Position numbers and translations under genes: made by a program. 27,791 nt of DNA, taken from Lysobacteraceae bacterium. Lineage in GTDB: Bacteria > Pseudomonadota > Gammaproteobacteria > Xanthomonadales > Xanthomonadaceae. Positions 1 to 9,200 of the stretch are shown here, one piece after another. The notes beneath the pieces were generated by a model. It had not been told where the DNA came from. It made no database searches and saw only the letters and a list, made by a program, of their open reading frames with translations. The stretch's first letter is position 1. The number at the start of each line of letters is the position of its first letter. The stretch lies in assembly GCA_051959035.1 (NCBI GenBank), contig JBQCFN010000148.1:1-27791 (forward strand), read 5' to 3'.

Positions 1-69
1 CGATAGACAGCGGCGATCCGCGCGGAATACCATCACGTTTCGGCGATTCGACGAAAGGGGCTCGTCACA

Positions 70-2827
<2,758 letters not shown>

Positions 2828-2904
2828 CGGCTTGCAAGGCCCGCGCCGCGCCCCCAATCCGTGCCCACGGTCGCGCCGGCCCGCCGGGGCAGGGCGCGCC
2901 CGCA

Positions 2905-2913
2905 TGGCATAAT
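2905..2913 (+). promoter_or_regulatory. Putative extended -10 promoter (TGG-CATAAT) for yajC-secD-secF
   Basis: TGn plus a 5/6 -10 hexamer, 27 nt upstream of the yajC ATG. The same 9-mer TGGCATAAT recurs at 27706-27714 in an equivalent position. Confidence 0.6.
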
Positions 2914-2940
2914 CCCGCGTTATTTGCACTGGACCGACCG

Positions 2941-3291
2941 ATGACCCTGCTCGACCTGATCGTTTCCCCCGCCTACGCCCAGGCCGCCGGCCAGCCTGCC
3001 CCGGGCGGCCTGTTCGGCGGCGGCCTCGGCATGCTCTTCCCGCTCGTGCTGATCGGGGTGATGTATTTCCTGATGATCCGCCCGCAGATGAAGCGGCAGA
3101 AGGAACACCGCGCCATGCTCGACAAGCTCGGCAACGGCGACGAGGTCATCACCAACGGCGGCATCGCCGGCGTGGTGCGCGAGATCGGCGACCACTTCAT
3201 CACCGTGGAGATCGCCGACAACGTGCGCGTGCGCCTGCAGAAGGGCGCGATCGCCAACGTGCTGCCCAAGGGCACCCTGAAGTCGGCCTGA
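2941..3291 (+). CDS. yajC: Preprotein translocase subunit YajC (116 aa)
   Basis: One TM helix then YFLMIRPQMKRQKEHRAML, GDEVITNGGIAG, KGAIANVLPKGTLK. Sits between tgt and secD. Confidence 0.96.
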   Translation: MTLLDLIVSPAYAQAAGQPAPGGLFGGGLGMLFPLVLIGVMYFLMIRPQMKRQKEHRAMLDKLGNGDEVITNGGIAGVVREIGDHFITVEIADNVRVRLQKGAIANVLPKGTLKSA

Positions 3292-3350
3292 GCCCGGCCT
3301 TTTTTCCTTTCGACTTGCGCGGCCGCCGCGGCCGCGCGTGAGGTTACGCG

Positions 3351-5222
3351 ATGCTCGTCTACGGCCGCTGGAGAACCCTCGTCGCCGTGCTGGTGCTGCT
3401 GTTGAGCGCGCTCTACGCGCTGCCCAACCTGTACCCGCAGGATCCCTCCGTGCAGATCACCGCCACCCACGGCGCGAAGATCGACGACGCCTTCCGCCAG
3501 AAGGTCGCCGCGACGCTGAAGCAGGCGGGCGTGGCGCCGAAGGCGATCGAGGTGCAGAAGGACGGCAACCTGCTGGTGCGCCTGCGCTCGCCGAACGCGC
3601 AGGTGCTGGCCGCCGACACCCTGCGCGACAGCGTCGGCAACGACTACGTCGTCGCCCTCAACCTCGCCTCCACCGTGCCGGGCTGGCTGTCCGCGATCGG
3701 GGCCCGGCCGATGCTGCTCGGCCTCGACCTGCAGGGCGGCGTGCACTTCCTGATGCAGGTGGACCAGAAGGCGGCGATCGACAAGCGCATCGACGCCTAC
3801 GCCGAGGACCTGCGGGTGATGCTGCGCGACGGCCGCATCCGCTACGAATCGGTCGAGCGCCTGCCGGACAACAGCCTGCGCGTCACCCTCGCGCCGGGCG
3901 CCGACGTCGCCGCCGCCCAGGCGCTGATCGGCAAGAACCTCTCCAACCTGCCGAGCGACACCCAGGGCAACGTGATCACGGTGCGGGTGCCGGACAAGGA
4001 ACTGCAGCAGATCACCACCGACGCGATCGAGCAGAACGTCGGCACCCTGCGCAACCGCATCAACGAGCTCGGCGTGGCCGAGCCGATCATCCAGCGCCAG
4101 GGCAGCGACCGCATCGTGGTCGAGCTGCCGGGCGTGCAGGACACCGCCCAGGCCAAGCGGATCCTCGGCGCCACCGCCACGCTGGAATATCGCGGCGTGG
4201 TCGATGGCAACGCCTACGACGCGATCGCCAGCGGCAACGTACCGCCGGAGGCCCGCGTGTACTACCGCAAGGAGACCGGCCCCGACGGCAAGCCGATCCC
4301 GATCCTGCTGAGCAAGCGGGTGATCACCTCGGGCGACCAGCTGGTCACCGCGCGCTCGGGCTACGACCAGCGCAGCGGCACCCCGTCGGTGAACGTGACG
4401 CTCAACGGCGTCGGCGGCGAGCGCATGTTCGACTTCACCAGCCAGAACGTCGGCAAGCCGATGGCGGTGGTGTACGTGGAGCGGGTGCCGGAAGTGCGCA
4501 AGGGCCCGGATGGCAAGGAAATCCGCACCAGCCGCATCAACGAGCAGGTGATCTCGGTCGCGACCATCCAGGGCGTGTTCGGCAAGGAGTTCCAGACCAC
4601 CGGCCTGAACAGCCCGAAGGAAGCCGCCGACCTCGCGCTGCTGCTGCGCGCCGGCGCGCTCGCCGCGCCGATGGACTTCGCCGAGGAGCGCATCATCGGC
4701 CCGAGCCTGGGCGCCGAGAACATCCAGCGCGGCCTCGAGGCAGTCGGCTACTCGTTCCTGTTCGCGCTGGTGTTCTTCCTCATCTACTACCGCATGTTCG
4801 GCGTCATCACCTGCCTGGCGCTGCTGCTGAACCTGCTCGCGGTGCTGGCGATCCTGTCGGTGATGGGGGCGACGATGACGCTGCCCGGCCTCGCCGGCAT
4901 CGCGCTCACGGTCGGCATGTCGGTGGACGCCAACGTGCTGATCAACGAGCGCATCCGCGAGGACCTGCGGCTGGGCATGAACCCGCTGACCGCGATCTCG
5001 GAGGGCTACCAGCGGGCCAAGGGCACCATCTACGACGCCAACATCACCACGCTGCTGGCGGGCGTGGCGCTGTTCGCGTTCGGCACCGGCCCGCTGAAGG
5101 GCTTCGCGGTGACGCTGATCGTCGGCATCCTGACCTCGATGTACACCGCGGTGTCGGTGTCGCGCGGCATCGCCACGCTCATCTACGGCCGCCGCCGCAA
5201 GCTGCAGTCGATCGCAATCTGA
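3351..5222 (+). CDS. secD: Protein translocase subunit SecD (623 aa)
   Basis: LGLDLQGGVHFL, LRNRINELGVAEPIIQRQG, RIVVELPG, IGPSLGAENI, TLPGLAGIALTVGMSVDANVLINERIREDL, GPLKGFAVTL. GAGG RBS at 3340-3343. Confidence 0.98.
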   Translation: MLVYGRWRTLVAVLVLLLSALYALPNLYPQDPSVQITATHGAKIDDAFRQKVAATLKQAGVAPKAIEVQKDGNLLVRLRSPNAQVLAADTLRDSVGNDYVVALNLASTVPGWLSAIGARPMLLGLDLQGGVHFLMQVDQKAAIDKRIDAYAEDLRVMLRDGRIRYESVERLPDNSLRVTLAPGADVAAAQALIGKNLSNLPSDTQGNVITVRVPDKELQQITTDAIEQNVGTLRNRINELGVAEPIIQRQGSDRIVVELPGVQDTAQAKRILGATATLEYRGVVDGNAYDAIASGNVPPEARVYYRKETGPDGKPIPILLSKRVITSGDQLVTARSGYDQRSGTPSVNVTLNGVGGERMFDFTSQNVGKPMAVVYVERVPEVRKGPDGKEIRTSRINEQVISVATIQGVFGKEFQTTGLNSPKEAADLALLLRAGALAAPMDFAEERIIGPSLGAENIQRGLEAVGYSFLFALVFFLIYYRMFGVITCLALLLNLLAVLAILSVMGATMTLPGLAGIALTVGMSVDANVLINERIREDLRLGMNPLTAISEGYQRAKGTIYDANITTLLAGVALFAFGTGPLKGFAVTLIVGILTSMYTAVSVSRGIATLIYGRRRKLQSIAI

Positions 5223-5355
5223 CCTTGGCCGGAGGCGGCTCATCCGAGCCGCTCCGGCGCCGCGGGTCCGGTACGCGCCGGACCCGCTCCCGCCACCCGG
5301 GCTGGTCCGGCTGGCGAGCGGGCCCTCCCCGGCCCGCCAACAACAGGGCACTTCG

Positions 5356-6342
5356 ATGAAACCGTTCAACCTGTTCCCCTACGGCAGCAACATCCACTTC
5401 ATGCGCCTGCGCTGGGTGTCGCTGACGATCGCCGCGCTGCTGATGTTCGTCTCGCTCGGCGCGATGGTCTACAACACCTTCCAGGGCGGCCAGTTCAATG
5501 GCGCCGGCACCTTCAATTACGCGCTGGACTTCACCGGCGGCGTCGGCGTCGAGCTGCGCTACCAGAAGGCGCCGGACGTCGACCAGGTCCGCGAGAAGCT
5601 GGAGAAGGCCGGGTTCCAGCACGCGGTGGTGCAGACCTTCGGCAGCTCCAGCGACCTGCTCGTGCGCCTGCAGACCCGGCAGGCCGAGGCCAACCAGGAC
5701 GCCACCAGCAGCATCGGCGACGCCGTCGCGCAGGCGGCCTCGCTGCCGGGCAACGCCGCGACCAAGCGCAGCAGCGCGGCGATCAGCGCCCAGGTCGGCA
5801 AGGAGCTCGCGCTCAACGGCTTGTACGCGCTGCTGTTCGTGATGATCGGCTTCCTGATCTACATCTCGTTCCGCTTCGAGCTGAAGTTCGCGATCGCGGC
5901 GATCATCGCCACGCTGCACGACGTGCTCATCGTGTGCGGCTGGTTCGCGATCACCGGCCACGAGTTCAACCTGAACGTGCTCGCAGGCGTGCTTGCGGTA
6001 ATGGGCTTCTCGATCAACGACACCATCGTGGTGTTCGACCGCGTGCGCGAGAACTTCCGCAGCATGCGCGCCGAGCCCAGCGAGATCATGAACGCGGCGG
6101 TCAACCAAACCCTGTCGCGCACGATCATCACCTCGTTCGTGGCCTTCCTCAGCATGCTGGCGCTGTACCTGTTCGGCGGCGAGTCGCTGCGCGGCCTGGC
6201 CGAGGCGCAGATCATCGGCGTGGTGATCGGCACGCTGTCGTCGATCTTCGTCGCCTGCCCGCTGCTGCTGTGGCAGAACGTCACCAAGCAGGACCTGATG
6301 CCGAAGGCCCGCGACGACGCGGCGCTGGCGCGGCGGCCGTAA
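5356..6342 (+). CDS. secF: Protein translocase subunit SecF (328 aa)
   Basis: LDFTGG, VGKEL, YISFRFE, ATLHDV, GFSINDTIVVFDRVRENF, NQTLSRTIITS. Follows secD. Confidence 0.98.
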   Translation: MKPFNLFPYGSNIHFMRLRWVSLTIAALLMFVSLGAMVYNTFQGGQFNGAGTFNYALDFTGGVGVELRYQKAPDVDQVREKLEKAGFQHAVVQTFGSSSDLLVRLQTRQAEANQDATSSIGDAVAQAASLPGNAATKRSSAAISAQVGKELALNGLYALLFVMIGFLIYISFRFELKFAIAAIIATLHDVLIVCGWFAITGHEFNLNVLAGVLAVMGFSINDTIVVFDRVRENFRSMRAEPSEIMNAAVNQTLSRTIITSFVAFLSMLALYLFGGESLRGLAEAQIIGVVIGTLSSIFVACPLLLWQNVTKQDLMPKARDDAALARRP

Positions 6343-6364
6343 GCCGCGGCGCCACCGGCAATGG

Positions 6365-6395
6365 GAAAAGGCCGCGCACCCGCGCGGCCTTTTTC
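6365..6395. terminator. Bidirectional intrinsic terminator between convergent secF and suhB
   Basis: GAAAAGGCCGCGC-ACCC-GCGCGGCCTTTTTC: 8-bp GC stem, 4-nt loop, A-tract on the left and T-tract on the right. Confidence 0.88.
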
Positions 6396-6407
6396 ATCGC
6401 CGTCCTG

Positions 6408-6491
6408 CGCAGGAGCGGCCCATGGCCGCGAGCTTTTTCCCGGGGTTTCGACAGGGGCTGAAAACGCCCGCGGCTGCGGGCCGCTCCTGCG
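6408..6491. repeat. REP-doublet (REPIN-like) long imperfect inverted repeat
   Basis: Perfect 14-bp outer arms CGCAGGAGCGGCCC (6408-6421) / GGGCCGCTCCTGCG (6478-6491), with pairing continuing inward to about 6439/6460. The left unit contains its own short palindrome GCGGCC-CAT-GGCCGC preceded by GCAG, similar to GTAG-family REPs. Confidence 0.65.
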
Positions 6492-6500
6492 AAGGGCAGC

Positions 6501-7331
6501 TCAAACGAAGCTGGCGGCGTAACCGGAGCCGACCACCACCTTCTGCACCGCCTCGCTGACCTTGACGTTGCCGGCGATCACCTGCCGGCCGCGCGCGTCG
6601 GCCACGTCGAGCTTGCCCAGCGCGGCGCCGCGGTAGTCGCAGACGCGACCGCCGGCCTCGCGCACCAGCAGCACGCCGGCGGCGATGTCCCAGGGCTGCA
6701 GGCCGGCCTCGAAGTAGGCGTCGGCGCGGCCGCACGCGGTCCAGGCGAGGTCGAGCGCAGCCGATCCGGTGCGGCGCACGTCCTCGGCCTGCGCCAGCAG
6801 CTCGCGCAGGCACTCCAGCTGCTGCGGGGCGCGGGCGCGCTCGCGCGGCGGGAAACCGGTGATCAGCATGGCGCCGGCCAGTTCGGCGCGTTCGCCGATC
6901 CGGATGCGGCGCTCGTTGAGCACCGCGCCGCTGCCGCGGCTGGCGGTGAACAGCTCGTTGCGCAGCGGGTCGAACACCACGCCGTGGATCGGTTCGCCGC
7001 CTTCCAGCAGCGCGATCGACACGCACCAGTGCGGGATGCCGTGCAGGTAGTTGCTGGTGCCGTCCAGCGGGTCGACCACCCAGGTGTAGCGGCTGGCGCC
7101 GCGGTTGCCCTTGCGCGCGCCGCCTTCCTCGCCGAGCACCGCGTACTCGGGGTAGGCCCGGCGCAGTTCCTTGACGATTTCGGTCTCGGCGAGGCCGTCG
7201 ACCTCGCTGGCGTAGTCCATGCGCTGCTTCTCGACCACATTCAGCGCGTCGATGCGGTGCATGTTCCGCAGCAGCACGTTCCCCCCGGCCCGGGCTGCCT
7301 TGACCATGACGTTGACGGCGGGCTTCTGCAT
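6501..7331 (-). CDS. suhB: Inositol monophosphatase family protein SuhB (276 aa)
   Basis: [59 protein letters not shown]. Divergent from trmJ, as in other gammaproteobacteria. Confidence 0.95.
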   Translation of the reverse strand: MQKPAVNVMVKAARAGGNVLLRNMHRIDALNVVEKQRMDYASEVDGLAETEIVKELRRAYPEYAVLGEEGGARKGNRGASRYTWVVDPLDGTSNYLHGIPHWCVSIALLEGGEPIHGVVFDPLRNELFTASRGSGAVLNERRIRIGERAELAGAMLITGFPPRERARAPQQLECLRELLAQAEDVRRTGSAALDLAWTACGRADAYFEAGLQPWDIAAGVLLVREAGGRVCDYRGAALGKLDVADARGRQVIAGNVKVSEAVQKVVVGSGYAASFV

Positions 7332-7403
7332 GGCGACGGACCTCGGACGGGCGGCGGGAAGGGCAAGGGAAAAGAGCGCGCCGGCGGCGGGGCCGGGATG
7401 CGC

Positions 7404-7413
7404 AGTTTACCAT
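7404..7413. promoter_or_regulatory. Overlapping divergent -10 elements for suhB (minus: TGG-TAAACT) and trmJ (plus: TACCAT)
   Basis: AGTTTACCAT reads TACCAT on + (7408-7413) and extended -10 TGG-TAAACT on - (7412-7404). It is the main AT-rich patch in the spacer. Confidence 0.6.
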
Positions 7414-7419
7414 TCGCGC

Positions 7420-8196
7420 ATGAGTGCCGATTCCACCTTCCCCACTGCGGCCGCGTCGCGCATTCGCGTGGTGCTGGTCGGCACCCAGCATCCGGGCAAC
7501 ATCGGCTCGGCGGCGCGGGCGATGAAGACGATGGGCCTGTCGCGGCTGGCGCTGGTCGCGCCCGAGCGCTATCCGCACCCCGAGGCGGCGGCGCTGGCCG
7601 CCGGCGCCGACGACGTGCTGGCCGCCGCGACCGTCCACCCGGAGCTGGCGGCGGCGGTCGCCGACTGCCACCTCGTCTATGGCTGCACCGCCCGCAGCCG
7701 GCGCATCGCCCTGGACGAATACGCCCCGCGCGCGGCCGCCATCGGCCTGCGCGATGCCGCGCGCGCCGGTGCCGAGGTGGCGCTGGTGTTCGGCCGCGAG
7801 CGCACCGGCCTCACCAACGAGGAACTGCAGCTGTGCCACGCGGCGGTGCACATCCCCGCCAATCCGGAGTACAGCTCGCTCAACCTCGCCCAGGCGGTGC
7901 AGGTGCTGGCCTACGAGCTGCGCATGGCGATGCTCGGGGCGCCCTCCGCGGTCGTCGAGGGCCACCGCGAGGCGGCGGCGTCGCACGCGCAGCTGGAGAG
8001 TTTCTTCGCCCAGCTGGCCGATACCCTGGACGCGATCGACTTCCACAAGGGCCGAGCCCCGGAGGCGGCGATGCGCAAGCTGCGGCGGATCTTCCTGCGC
8101 GCCGGCATGGACGAGCGCGAGGTGCGCATCCTGCGCGGGGTGCTGGCCGACGCGCAGCGGATGGCGAGGCTGGCCTCGGAGCGGGGCGCCGGATGA
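7420..8196 (+). CDS. trmJ: tRNA (cytidine/uridine-32 2'-O)-methyltransferase TrmJ, SPOUT family (258 aa)
   Basis: IRVVLVGTQHPGNIGSAARAMKTMGL, FGRERTGLTNEEL, IPANPEYSSLNLAQAVQV. Start set at ATG 7420. Confidence 0.93.
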   Translation: MSADSTFPTAAASRIRVVLVGTQHPGNIGSAARAMKTMGLSRLALVAPERYPHPEAAALAAGADDVLAAATVHPELAAAVADCHLVYGCTARSRRIALDEYAPRAAAIGLRDAARAGAEVALVFGRERTGLTNEELQLCHAAVHIPANPEYSSLNLAQAVQVLAYELRMAMLGAPSAVVEGHREAAASHAQLESFFAQLADTLDAIDFHKGRAPEAAMRKLRRIFLRAGMDEREVRILRGVLADAQRMARLASERGAG

Positions 8197-8273
8197 CGGC
8201 CAAGGCGGGCGTGTTCCGCGCCCGCCGCAATTGGGCTAGGCTCGCGGCTGCTTTGCCCCGCCGGACACGCCGC

Positions 8274-9200
8274 GTGCGCCAGCTCCTGACCAGCCTGCTG
8301 TGCGGCCTGCTCGTGCTGAGCGCCGGCGCGGCGCCGGCATCGCCGCCCGCGGGCGGCGACCCACGCGTGCTGGTGCTGGGCGCGATCAGCGACGACCCTG
8401 CCGCCGACTACGGGCGGCTCAAGCCGCTGCTCGATTACGCCGTGGCCCACCTGGCGGGGGTCGGCGTGCGCGAAGGCCGCATCCTGATGGCGCGCGACGT
8501 CCGGCAGATGGCCAGCTACCTGCGGCGCGGCCGGGTCGACTGGGTGACCGGCGGCGCCGCCACCGGCATGCGCCTGCAGGCCCGGGCCGGCGCGCTGCCG
8601 CTGCTGGTGGACGAGCGCAACGGCATGAGCCGCAGCCGTACCCTCGTGTTCGTCCGCCGCGACGCCGGCCTGCGCCGGCTGGAGGACCTGCGCGGGCGCA
8701 GCATCGCGTTCGCCGACGGCGCCTCGGCCGGCGCCTACTACATGTCCGCGCTGCAGCTCCTCGAGCACCACCTGCCGATGCAACTGCTGGCTTCGCCGCT
8801 CGACCGGCCGGGCGGCGACGCGGTCGGCTACCTGTTCGCGCATTCGCAGGCCAACGTCGCCGCCTGGGTGCACCGCGGGCTGGTGGACGCGGGGACCGCC
8901 AGCGACGTCGACTGGGACAACCCGCAGGCGATGCCGCCGGCGCTGCGCGAGGCCTTCGTGGTGGTCGACCGCAGCGAGGACTACCCGCGCGCGCTGGAGG
9001 TGGTGCGCGCCGACCTCGCGCCCGCCGTGCGCGAGCGCCTGCGCGAGGTGCTGCTGCAGGCCGCCGCCGATCCGGAGGCGCGCGAGCCGCTGCTCGAGTT
9101 CGCCGGCACCACCCGCTTCCTGCCGGTCGACGAGGAAGCCGAGGCCGGGCTGCGCCGCCTCGGCGAAGGCGTGGCACGCGTGCGCGCGGAGGTCGAATGA
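8274..9200 (+). CDS. PhnD/PtxB-like (phosphate/phosphite/phosphonate-type) periplasmic substrate-binding protein (about 308 aa, GTG start)
   Basis: Sec-type signal peptide MRQLLTSLLCGLLVLSAGAAPA; LVLGAISDDP, LKPLLDY, LVFVRRDAGLRRLEDLRGRSIAFAD, WVHRGLVDAG, VRADL...RERLREVLL are typical of PhnD-class binding proteins. An alternative ATG at 8193 is possible. Confidence 0.78.
   Translation: MRQLLTSLLCGLLVLSAGAAPASPPAGGDPRVLVLGAISDDPAADYGRLKPLLDYAVAHLAGVGVREGRILMARDVRQMASYLRRGRVDWVTGGAATGMRLQARAGALPLLVDERNGMSRSRTLVFVRRDAGLRRLEDLRGRSIAFADGASAGAYYMSALQLLEHHLPMQLLASPLDRPGGDAVGYLFAHSQANVAAWVHRGLVDAGTASDVDWDNPQAMPPALREAFVVVDRSEDYPRALEVVRADLAPAVRERLREVLLQAAADPEAREPLLEFAGTTRFLPVDEEAEAGLRRLGEGVARVRAEVE

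Noticed and set aside
2973-5369. Very long antisense or alternate-frame ORFs (e.g. 2973-5369 -, 9284-11299 -, 20784-23201 +, 24829-27207 + upstream part, 3338-5359 +)
   Set aside because: They overlap well-supported genes, have Arg/Ala/Gly/Pro-rich or mirror-codon composition and no family motifs. Such shadow ORFs are expected at this GC content because stop codons are rare.
8193-8273. Longer start of the binding protein (ATG overlapping the trmJ stop) with an Arg-rich, Tat-like leader
   Set aside because: The segment uses codons atypical for this genome (AAT, GCT, AGG, TTG), contains a -10-like TAGGCT and lacks a proper S/T-R-R-x-F-L-K motif. GTG 8274 gives a clean Sec signal. Not fully excluded.
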